From contig NMRA01000119.1 in NCBI GenBank assembly GCA_002633005.1, forward strand, positions 372,001 through 436,000: a DNA stretch of 64,000 bases, read 5' to 3'. The notes under the pieces were generated by a model. The model was not told the DNA's origin. It saw nothing but the letters and a program-made list of their open reading frames with translations, and searched no databases. This document shows positions 46,701-58,516 of the stretch, piece by piece. The translations under genes were made by a program, and so were the position numbers. The stretch comes from Phoronis australis. Its lineage: Eukaryota > Animalia > Phoronida. Each line of letters opens with the position of its first letter. Position 1 is the stretch's first letter.

Positions 46701-49700
46701 AAATGTCATCCCAACATGAACAACATGTACAAGAACGTCATACAACTCAGAAAACACAAAAAGACCAGAATCATACATTCATGGACAAAGACATTGTAGC
46801 CTACAATAGCCAAGCAATACTTGGATGGGTGAAACAAGTAATTAGTTGAGTAGATATTTAGGTAAATGCAAAGTCATGTCAATTAGATCCTGAACCTGTA
46901 CTATAATGGGAACGCAAGTATTCTTGATTTGGCGTTTGAGTAAAAATACAGATCTTTAGTTACCTTGGTTATCTTTTCCGTGTTAATTACAATTCCCATG
47001 GCATGCATTTACTGAACTATGTACATCAAAATGTGACGCTTAGGACCCAGTCAAAGGCACATGTCTTTGCTCTCCATTCACTTCTACAGAGCAAACAATA
47101 TGTTCTTATATTGAACACAGTTTGTGTCAGTCATCGTGTTTGTTCAATAAAAGTGAATGTAGAACCAGGATGTGTCCCTTGGATTGTAAATACACACCGT
47201 GGAAACAGTAACTGACACCGAATAACATCTCTGCAAGATAAATCAGGATATGTACTTTTACAAGACGTAACATCAAAAGCTATTGCTTTCCCTTTTAAAG
47301 TATTATATTAAAAAAAAACAATCATTACGTTTTTAATTGAATTCTAATCTGTTTGAAACTGTTCTCTGCTGTGAATGTTTCTGGTTACTAGTTCTTACAT
47401 TCAGCCATGTTTGATTTTCTTAGACTACCATTGCGGTGGCCCACTGGGTTGGAGCAGTGTGTTTCACTTTAACGCCATGAAGGATGGTACTAACTGGAGT
47501 CCGAGCTTGGCTATCTATGGTGACCTTGGCAACGCCAATGCTCAGTCTCTTGGTCGTCTGCAACAAGAGATTCAGAGCAATATGTACGATGCCATCCTCC
47601 ATGTTGGTACGTTGCTTTCCTTTTTCTGTACCAAATCTTTGTGTTTCATGCATCGGAAAATGGAAATCCCTTGCGTACATGTTAAATATAGCGGTTGTTT
47701 ATTATTTGTTTAATGCTTGTTTATGATGTACTTTTACGTCTCTCTCTTAAAGCTCCATTTTGCCACTGTTAAGCTGTCAACGTTAATTTCCTATTGTAAG
47801 TGTTTTGGTGTTGAGGAACATCCCCATGCTCATCATATCTTGAATTGTTGCTGAATTATTGGACTACTCTCACACAAGGTGTTTGTTTGTGCACCATTTT
47901 CGAAACAACAGTTATAGGTTTGGTCAACTGCAGTAAACTGTTATGGTTTTCTTGAGTCACTGATGATCACGATGGTCTTGTTAGTAACGGAACTAGAATC
48001 CTATCATGGTAAGGATTATTATGAGACCGATTTTACGACAGTAAAAGACCAAATTTTCATTTCTTAAGCAGCTTAAGAGGGCGAAATTCAGCTATGAGTG
48101 TGCTTGAAGCTGGAAATTGGGATTTCTAACTGTTTGAATAATATGTTTTGAAATTTATCCAAGATAGAACCACATTTTTTAGTAAAAGTGATTTCTAATG
48201 TGACAAATTAGCTTTTGCTCAAGGTTTATGTGTATTGACTCAGCTACAAATAGCAATTATCATCCAAAAACACAGTTAAAATCAAGACAATTTACACGAT
48301 TTACATTTTGCCTTATCCATAATAGAAGTGCAGATTTCTTATATCTAGAGATAAGATTGTGATTAGGTAAAAAGTAATAGATGCTACAGTGTTGTATTTA
48401 TTTGCATAGATGGCATTATTCCTTGGTGGTATTTTGAAATGAATTTTGTTATTATATTTCAGGTGACTTTGCATACAATATGGATACCGTGAGTTGAAAA
48501 TCGTTTTTTGTTGATTATTTCCGATTTCATATTTTTGGAATCGTACATTTTCCTGTTGATGAGAGTTCAATCATTCGCAAGTGGTGTAGTTGTCAAGTTT
48601 TTTAAATTAATTGAAGTTAAACCCGAGACGAAAACGTCCACAAAGTTAACAAGAAGTATGACATGTTCACAAGATGATGTATGGCCTAAATAGCCAATTG
48701 TATGTTTTGTTTTATTTTGCAGAGCAATGCGTTGGTAGGAGATGAATTCATGAGACAGATTGAAACTGTTGCTGCATATGTCCCGTACATGACCTGCGTT
48801 GGCAACCATGAAAATGCCTAGTAAGGATCACTTCTTCTGTTCTGTTTGTTACAGCTTACACTGATGCCCTCTATCGGCGCTTTCTAGTATTTGTATTGCA
48901 CTGGCAACATTTGACTGGGACTGAATGAACACAACCATAACTTACTAATAGACTAAAAGTTATGATGTACCTTGAAAAATGTTCAGACTTGGCTAACTTC
49001 GGAACATCATATCTCAGAAATGGACTCTTAAGTAACTTTCATGTACATATGCATTATGCACTGTGTTCCAAAATGAGGTCAGGAATTGATTTAAAATGTT
49101 CCATTTTTGTATGAGGAGCTTTTAAAAATAGGAGTCTAATAATTTTTATGAAACATAAGACAAAAGCGAAAAGATTGAGAAAATTGTAGCAGGATTTTTG
49201 AGATTTCACTATTAATATTTAAATCCAATGAAATTTAGTCGTGTTAATACCCTCATTTTGCTACAAATGTACGTTCTTTTTTGCTTAATTTCACTAAGAA
49301 GACATGGTCATGTGGCCCAATTAAGGCAGATTGGCATAAAGTTAAAAATCGAGTTCTATAGGCTCTCTATCACAAAAAATATGCTTTTACAGATTGAATT
49401 AAAATCTACACTTGTGTAAATATGAGGTTGAATGTACAAACTTGTCTTATAAGATCATGCACAACCAATGCTGAATTAAGACTATTTTGCCAGACATAAA
49501 AGACTTCAGTTGTTGTTGGTCATTGACCTGGACAACTGAATGCTTTATTCAATACCTGTTGTTACATAAGATACTTGAATGCCATGTGAGATAACTGGCT
49601 TGAAAATTGACCTTGTATGGTTTGCTGTTGAGAATATTTAGTGTGTAAAACATTTGAGCAGGATTCGATGGTGAAAGGTTTCTTATAAATTTGTGACCAG

Positions 49701-52700
49701 TTTTATTGTGGAGATGCTTTAGCTTAGTTTTCTCTTTTTTTCTGTCATCTATAAATTTGAGTTTGATAGTTCTGAGCTCACCTGAGAGTGTGCTCCCTAC
49801 ATAAAAATTGCTTAGTGAAAAACGTGGTAGCTCTGAGCCTTGCTTAAAATCCCGAGCCGTGTTTTAAAAATCCTGATTTGTGACTGCTTTCGATTTAAGT
49901 TAAATGATTAAAATAGTGTTGCACAGTGGTAATATGTTTTATTGTTTTGCTTCAAAAATATTTGTGACATGCTCAGTGTGTGCAAAGATGATGCACCTGT
50001 AGTCATTTATGAGAGTCAACAGGAAGGAAGATTAGGACGTGAAGATTTTTTTGTCTACAGAGAATCCTGGGTGAAAAACTTTGCATTGGTGATGTTTAAA
50101 CTGGTGTCATTACACTGATAATTATTTCCTAGAACTAAAATGCTCTGTCTAGCCAGTCATATACAGTATAGTATTCACTTGGGCTACTGTATACGATATT
50201 TGTATTAGTACAAATGTAGTATACGACAAGTAGCATACGTTTATTTAGGCGAGTGTCACGAATGAATGATTTGAGTGACAGTGTAGTTCTTTGCTCTGAC
50301 TTGATTCTTTGAGATCGAATGTCTTTTGCAACGTGTCATTGGAAAGAGCTTTGAAAAATGCTAGTGGGCTGTTAGTAAGTAATGATGCAATCAACTCCTG
50401 GAAATCCGAAATTCTAAACTGACCAGAGTTTAAAAAATGTTTACTGTCACATATCAACCACATGCTTCAACACGTTAAAGTTCTGAAAGCACAATATGAT
50501 TAAAAAGTGTTTGTCAGACATTCAGAATATCCTTTGGAATTGCTCTGAACAGTATCAATTGTATACGAGTGGTTTACTCAGAACTTGTTGACCACAGTTA
50601 TGTGTTCTAAAACTGGTTAGGCGGAGTTTTCTGATTGCCAGCAACAAATCCAATTTTTTATCAAATCAGTTTTTAACAGAACTTTTTTAACCCATAATTC
50701 TGTTTTCAACCTTCACAGCTAGTATAGAATAGTAGTACACCACACTGGAGATGGTGATAAGTATATGTGCCACTTCTAATTTTATGTTACTTTTTTCAGC
50801 AACTTCTCCAACTATGTAAACCGCTTCAACATGCCAGGAGGGGATGGTCACAGTCTCTTCTACAGGTTTGGAAAAGTTATCATTATGAAATTGTTTCCTG
50901 TAGTTTTTTGCTATGTGCATGTACTATCAATGATGATTTAGATGGCAAGAGTTCAATGTTGGTGCATTGAAATTCTTTGTGACGCGTTGAGGTGACTGTG
51001 GATTAGGTACGCACGTATTAACTGACTCACATCTCAGGGTCTTACTGTGGACAAACTGACCAGTTGCAGTACATATATTTTTATGAAAAAATTGTGAGTA
51101 GAATGAGAATAAGTTTACGTCACCATAGCAACGCATATTTTACCAACATCCTCATTTAGTGTGCTCATCAACAATTTTCATTTGCCAATCATTATCAATT
51201 GAAATCTGCTACTTGGATTTTTGAGCAAACAGGCCCCAAAATAAGTTTTAACAGTCTATCGGCTGCCATGGGAAACATCGCAGTGTCTTTTAAAATTAAA
51301 ACCATTGCGTTATCTTTATAATTATTATTCTGTCAACAGCTTCAACATGGGCCCCGCTCACATTATTGGTTTCTCCACTGAAGTGTATTATTACATCAAT
51401 TATGGACTGGACCAAATCTTGCACCAATTCAAATGGCTGGAGAAAGATCTCAAGGTAAGTTGGTCATCAAGGTTACTAGGTTCATTGTTGGTCATGGACC
51501 ACCATGTTTTATTTGTAGTTCTTGGTTGTGGGGGATTTTGAGGTAAATTATCATGTGAACAATGTCCAGTGAAAACTGTTCACACCTTAATTTAAGCTGG
51601 TGTTTCATGAAAATGTCTTAAAACTTTAGACAGAAATGTGATCTGAATATAACTAGTGATGGAAAATAATTATAACTCCCTTAAGAATAAAGTATCTGAC
51701 AATATACTCATAACTGTTACTTACTGACAAAATTTGTACAGGCAGTGATGTGATAATCATTGTAGTAATTGCATGATTAAACTTTTTATTTGACAATTGT
51801 GAATTGTTTGACCAAAGTTCTGTTTTGAGTCGCAAGTCTTTTTTCAGACCCCACATGTTTAATGCTTAATGGCTCATTGTTTCTCACAGAAACTGAGATT
51901 TTGTATAGACAAATGCTGTATTGGTTTAATAGATTTTAGCTTGTGTATTACATTCAAATGATAAGAATGAAAAACAATAGCAATACAAAAAGTATATTTG
52001 TTTTATGGTTCACATGCACATTTAAACTTGTCAGAAGCAGTGACTGATCTAGCAAACCCAATTGTTTTAGCATTTGTATTGTCTGTTTCCTTGTAGGAGG
52101 CTAACAAGCCGGAGAACCGAGCCAAGCGTCCATGGATCATCACCATGGGTCACCGACCCATGTATTGCAGTAATAAAGATGGTGACGACTGCACTAAGGA
52201 TGAGAGCAGGGTAAGAACCTTAACAAGTTAACCTGTTGGTGAAAATCATAACTAACATGAAAAGCCTTGTGCCCTGTTTTGCTTCGACTTAAAGACGTTC
52301 CCACTAAAGTCTTTTGAATGGTCAATTGTGAGTTACTACTCTCAACCAGTAACTTCCTATTTTGATATTAATTCTGAGCGCTTGTCCATGCTTGGAGAAC
52401 AGTGCTTGTGAAACCAAAATGTTTACATGACCGACTATATTTGACTCTACAGTTTACAAAAACTAAACCTGCTATTTAAAAGTGAAACTTTTCAGTTTTT
52501 AAATAAACAAAAACTGCAACACATGAAAGTATGACACAAATCACAACTGATGTTCCTGTGTTGAATGATCCCAGGCTTCCTGATTCATAACTATAGGGCA
52601 ACTAGGTTTGTGTACGTAACGTTTGATTTTTTTCAGATTCGCAGTGGAATTATTGAGGCGTATGGATTGGAGGACTTGTTCTACAAATANCAAGGCTGCT

Positions 52701-55700
52701 AGGTTCGTCGTTGGTCATGAACCACTATGTTTTATTTGTAGTTCTTGGTTGTGGGGGGATTTTGAGGTAAATTATCATGTGAACAATGTCTAGTGAAAAC
52801 TGTTCACACCTTAATTTAAGCTGGTGTTTCATGAAAATGTCTTAAAACTTTAGACAGAAATGTGATCTGAATATAACTAGTGATGGAAAATAATTATAAC
52901 TCCCTTAAGAATAAAGTATCTGACAATATACTCATAACTGTTGCTTACTGACAAAATTTGTACAGGCAGTGGTGTGATAATCATTGTAGTAATTGCATGA
53001 TTAAACTTTTTATTTGACAATTGTGAATTGTTTGACCAAACTTCTGTTTTGAGTTGCAAGTCTTTTTTCAGACCTCACATATTTAATGCTTAATGGCTCA
53101 TTGTTTCTCACAGAAACTGAGATTTTGTATAGACAAATATTGTATTGGTTTAATAGATTTTAGGTTGTGTATTACATTCAAATGATAAGAATGAAAAACA
53201 ATAGCAATACAATAAGTATATTTGTTTTATGGTTCACATGCACATTTAAACTTGTCAGAAGCAGTGACTGATCTAGCAAACCCAATTGTTTTAGCATTTG
53301 TATTGTATTAACAGCAGTACAATACTCAGCAACGCAATACAATATAATACAATAAAATACTGTACACTAAAAACATGTCTGTTTCCTTGTAGGAGGCTAA
53401 CAAGCCAGAGAACCGAGCCAAGCGTCCATGGATCATCACCATGGGTCACCGACCCATGTATTGCAGTAATAAAGATGGTGACGACTGCACTAAGGATGAG
53501 AGCAGGGTAAGAACCTTAACAAGTTAACCTGTTGGTGAAAATCATAACTAACATGAAAAGCCTTGTGCCCTGTTTTGCTTCGACTTAAAGACGTTCCCAC
53601 TAAAGTCTTTTGAATGGTCAATTGTGAGTTACTACTCTCAACCAGTAACCTCCTACTTTGATTTTAATACTGGGCGCTTGTCCAGGCTTGGGGAACCAAA
53701 ATGTTTACATGACCGACTAAGTTTGACTGTACAGTTTACAAAAACTAAACCTGCTATTTAAAAGTGAAACTTTTCAGTTTTTAAATAAACAAAAACTGTT
53801 TAACTACAACACATGAAAGTGTGACACAAATCACAACTGACGTTTCTGTGTTGAATGATCCCAGGCTTCCTGATTCATAACTATAGGGCAACTAGGTTTG
53901 TGTATGTAACGTTTGATTTTTTTCAGATTCGCAGTGGAATTATTGAGGCGTATGGATTGGAGGACTTGTTCTACAAATATGGCGTGGATGTTGAACTGTG
54001 GGCTCACGAACATTCTTACGAGAGACTCTGGCCAGTGTATAATAGAACGGTATAGAGAATTTTAAATTGATGTGCTATTTAACCAAATGGTTAAGCCAAC
54101 AGTTGCCATTTTAAAAGGTACTAATATGCTTTCGTTAATTCGCAATTTGCTGTATCGGTCAATTGAGCATTCACTTTTCTGGGAAGTACTAGTCGTTTCG
54201 AAATAAGAAGCTTGTAGGTAGATTTATGTCTGTTACTGCCCAGCCAGAATCCACCTTAGGTGTTAAGACCTCATGCTGGTTTTCCCCCTGCAAGGCTACA
54301 GACCTTATGTGAAGTTATGAAGGAGAATAATGCCAGTCCAATGCACAGTCTTGCCAGTGTTAAGCAAGTATGCATTCAACGTCACTGATTCTAACTCTAG
54401 CAAAATAGTTGCTCTGATAGCAATTTTATGACTACTCAGAATGTTGAGTTATTATTATTATTATTATTATTGTTATTGATGAAGTATAATACACACCCAT
54501 TGCATGCTTTATTTACATTACAAACGCCATGTCATGTCATCTCCTGTATCATTCAAGTGACTTGCATTTACGAACACGCCTCCAGCTATTGGTGTTACCG
54601 CACACTGCATAACTTGTCTATTCTTTGCTCCATTCTTTCGTTGTGACTAATCACCTGAACAATATTTTCAGGTGTGCAATGGTACCGAGGCTCCCTACAC
54701 CAATCCTCCAGCTCCAGTTCACATTACAACAGGTTCTGGCGTGAGTTTCTTTCTCATCATTCTATGATCATGACAAAACCAATGCTAGTCCCCTTTGTTA
54801 TGTAGTTGTGTTAAGCTCTGTGGAGTGACCCTGAAGCTATCGAACCCTAGCTGGCTATGTTGACTAATTCATTATATTAAGCTATTCATTAGAATAGACC
54901 CTACTGGGCCTGGTAATTCTGTTGCGTTAACCTATTGTCTCAGCCCTGTTGCTGGTTAAATAGGGGTGGTGTTGTTCTGTAAGGAGTCCAAAATCATGAC
55001 TATGATGATTCTTCTCCTGTTTAGCACACAATATGGCGGACTAGTGAAAGTTTATTTTGTCAAATTTCTTAATAACAAAAATAAATATGGAGAACATTTT
55101 AGTCTGTTGTTAGCTTAGTTTGTATTGTACAGGTGTCATTAAACATAAGTAGAGTTTATGTTTACATTTAAGTAATCTGCCTTTGGAAAATAGAAAAATG
55201 ACAATTTTAACAATTATTTTTGTGCGAAATAGGCAAAGAAATACCGTACATTTGAACTGGTATGAACTTTCCAAACCCAACCACAACACAGTCACAAACT
55301 AAGTGCTTCCTGCCAATTGTGATCAGATAGTATCCGTAGTTCATGGTGTTAAAATGCGCCCTTTATATTCATGGGATTTGTGGTTTATTGTCGTGGACTT
55401 CGATCACTCGCTGATAGCATAAGTGGCTTGTCTATGTATAACCAGATCACGAGAGCCTCCATAAATGGGGTTGGATATCAGCCTGAAATGCATGCTGTTA
55501 AATGTTGAGCTTTTATGTGATTGGAAATTTTTCATCTATTGAAATGTACACGATTTAAAAATGACTTGCCAAGTTCGTCAGCAAAAATCCAAAATTGACA
55601 CTCTTTAGTGAATTGCATGATCTCACGTCACCTTCGATTGTGTAAAATGAGGAACTCCAAGTTATTTTGGTGCATTGTAAATATGCATACATTCATGTTA

Positions 55701-57732
55701 CGTGGGATCTTTGTGCTACCTGTGAGCCTATTTTCTGTCTATTCAGATGCTAAAAAGAGAGATGTGTCTTCATTAGCACCACCTAGTGAATATTTTAAAT
55801 GTTGACAATTGCAGTGAACAGACCACTGTTTTATTTTAAGTCGTCCACCTCTTTAGAAGTTACATCTGCCTAGTAGCAAGGTCCTGTTTCATTAAAAAGT
55901 CACAACTTTATGACCATTTTTGGTTTTCCATGACTTAAAAATTAATCCAGTGCTTCACTTGAAATGAAAGATAGATTTTTTTCTGAATGTTAAGTCTCAT
56001 CTAAACTGGTTTTAAATCCTGAGATAGAAGCTGTAACTGAATAGTCACCATTGATGCAAGTCATATTTATGACCAAATAAGAATAAATTTAAAGTTCTTT
56101 ATTGAAACCGGCACCAGTAATGCAATGTAATTCTGCACGATGAAATGCAAATTCATTAAGACTGTCTTGTTGCTGTAGGGCTGCAGTGAAATCCATGACA
56201 ACTTTGGCCCTCCAGCTCCATGGACTGCCAGCAGAACTGTGGACTACGGCTACACTCGTATGAAGATCATGAACAGTACACATCTTTACATGGAGCAGGT
56301 TTCCGATGACAAGGTAGGTGCCGTACAGGCTGGAACCTCGCATTGTACAGCAAACTGCCGACAGCACCTTGTAAATAGGCTCATTCTGGATTAAGTCTCT
56401 TTTGCTGAGATAGAAAATTGCTAACTTGCTCGACTGACCTACTTTTCAAAGTGTCTGGCATTCCTGAGTTGATTAACACAAGAAAAACTTTGCGTTCTGT
56501 AGCCAGCAGCAGTGGTTGTTTTTTTCCAATTTCTTGATGTTGCTACTCAGAATCCAATATTACAAGTTTGCCTGCATTGCAATAATCAGTTATGTAATAA
56601 TTAGGAAATGAGAGTCACCAGAACATTTGCATGTGAAGACAAGTGCTTGAAGTATGTTGCATTGTGGGTAAATACCTTAGAATGAGAGTGGTGCTATGCT
56701 ATTTCAGGATGTGCCTATTGTTCCAGAGATTTGTTTACAAGTACATTGATCAATTAAATTGTTTTGTTAAAAATTTGACAATTTGACAACTTGTCTTTGA
56801 TACGAGAATGTCTGTGAGACTCGAATGTCTGCCAGATTCAGGTCTGTGAAAGCTGGGGGCTCAACACATACAGTGTCCTCAAATCTTTTGGCTGATTAAC
56901 ATAATGTTTTTAATCAAAACTTCAGGACCATCAAAAAAATGCGATGTATTATTCATTGGGTACAATGGTGTACCTATGCAATGGAGTCTAAAACTTACCA
57001 ACAGGAAGACCTCTAAGAATCTTGAGCAATCAAAGAAGAAATGTAGAAAAAAAGACAGTGTGTTCTCTGCAAAAACTGTCCTCTCAGGGCTGGTATCTGG
57101 CTTCCACCTCTGTATCATCTTAACCCTTAACGAGCAAGTGCCCGTCTGTGTCCACTAGCCAGACACAAATGTCTGGCCTGACGTCCACTCCTGGATAATT
57201 TCATTTTTGAGTGTCTACGTTCTGCTCTTCGTGAAAAGCTACTGTAACCCATGTTCTGGTGTCAAAAACATCACAGGCACGTTAATTTTGCTCTTCCAAA
57301 ATAACGCCATCGCGTTCTAAGCCTTTGTTTGAATTATTTAAATCCCTTGCAATTCCCCTGACCACTATACTTCGAACCAGCGGTGACGAGCAGTTATGTC
57401 TGGTTTGAGTCAGTAAAGACTCATCAGTTTTTCTCGAGAGATCATTTGTTATTTGAATATGGAACAATTTGAGACTGACTTCAATTGGTTGCTTTTTGTT
57501 ATAGGGTGGTCAAGTTGTCGACCGCATTATGGTCATCAGGGACAGCCATGGTCCCTACAAGGGGTGCAAGGGGCGCTACTGGGAGTTTGAGGACTATGCG
57601 GCTGACTGGATTGCTGCCAATAAAGGGAAAAAGCCACGCCCAGTCATCAAACATGGTCGCCGTGCTTGGTATGGGGCAAAACCCAAGAAGTTCTTTGGAC
57701 AGTCTCGCAATATGAAATATCAGAAGCTTTGA
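40773..57732 (+). CDS. ACP7: Purple acid phosphatase (acid phosphatase type 7-like), paralog b, 12 exons, 486 aa, with basic C-terminal extension
   Basis: Exons 40773-40872, 45099-45302, 47424-47606, 48463-48488, 48723-48820, 50800-50865, 51340-51454, 53393-53506 (duplicate at 52097-52210), 53927-54049, 54672-54740, 56179-56313, 57505-57732 (1461 nt). Signal peptide, QPEQVHIAYG, GDLG, GDFAY, GNHE, GHRPMY, AHEHSYER. Confidence 0.92.
41170..41348. mobile_element. Small MITE with ~19-bp TIRs
   Basis: AATTGACCTATCGCCAGGAT / ATCTTGCGATAGGTCAATT; superfamily uncertain. Confidence 0.6.
41500..41840. repeat. Old interspersed repeat family
   Basis: Alignable by eye with ~49060-49415 (GAAAATTGTAGCAG.ATTTTTGAGAT, ACATGGTCAT) and in reverse with ~5065-5390. 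Confidence 0.5.
43073..43526. mobile_element. Tc1/mariner (pogo/Tigger-like) MITE
   Basis: TA|CCATATTCGCCGTAATAACCGCCCA ... TGGGCGGTTATTGTGGCAAATACGG|TA; TA TSD. Confidence 0.7.
51468..53979. other. Probable haplotype false duplication joined at N 52690
   Basis: 51468-52689 is repeated at 52691-53979; the first copy breaks off mid-exon (52637-52689) exactly at the N. Confidence 0.8.
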
Positions 57733-58372
57733 GGTCTTGTGTTAATTCAGCACACATTACGTGGTAATTTTGTAGCATTGATGTAAAGTTGTTGGTTAAC
57801 AATATTTAGTGTTATTTTTGCATTTTATGTATCAGCATACCAACCTTATGGTAACACTGGTAATGGTTTGCTTTAATTGAATACAATATTTGTGTATTTC
57901 ATGTTACAGGTATATTTGTGTATAACGGGGATCAAGTAACACTATCTTTATGTGTGTGTTTTATTTTTTTTGCTGCAGTTCTGAATTACTTGTTGTCACA
58001 TTTTGTGCAGGTGGAAAGCAATCGGTTTATTAATAGTTTGTGTTGTTTTACGAGTTCTCATGGCTAGTTATCTTGAGAAAGCTCAACTGCACCTCCACAT
58101 TCCACTGTTTACAAATGCAGGGAACATAGTGGTTATAATGTCTATTTTTATTGAGGACTTCACGTACTGTTTATATATTGCCTTGGGTGTGTTTTGCATA
58201 ATAAGGATTACTTTTAGAGGTTGAGTCTTTTCCCTTTTGTTGCTCAGAAATAGAATGGTTACACCACCAGAGATGTATATAACTTGTAGAACAGGTCCTG
58301 ACAAAATCAAATGCATTCTTAGGGTCAAGTAAAATTGTGGCTGTGATATCACATTCATAGTGTGAAAGATTC

Positions 58373-58516
58373 ACTCTACTTACATAGCTTGTCATTTATT
58401 CCAACCCAAGGATTAATCACATGTTTTTGTATAAATTGACAATTTACTCTACTTACATATCTTGTCATTTATTCCAACCCAAGGATTAATTAAAGCGATG
58501 TTTTTGTATAAATTGG
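58373..58516. repeat. Direct tandem duplication, ~73-bp unit x2
   Basis: ACTCTACTTACATA(G/T)CTTGTCATTTATTCCAACCCAAGGATTAAT at 58373 and 58446. Confidence 0.85.

Noticed and set aside
52097-52210. Mutually exclusive exon pair in ACP7b
   Set aside because: Copies encode identical peptides, flanking introns are also duplicated and the block ends at an N join.
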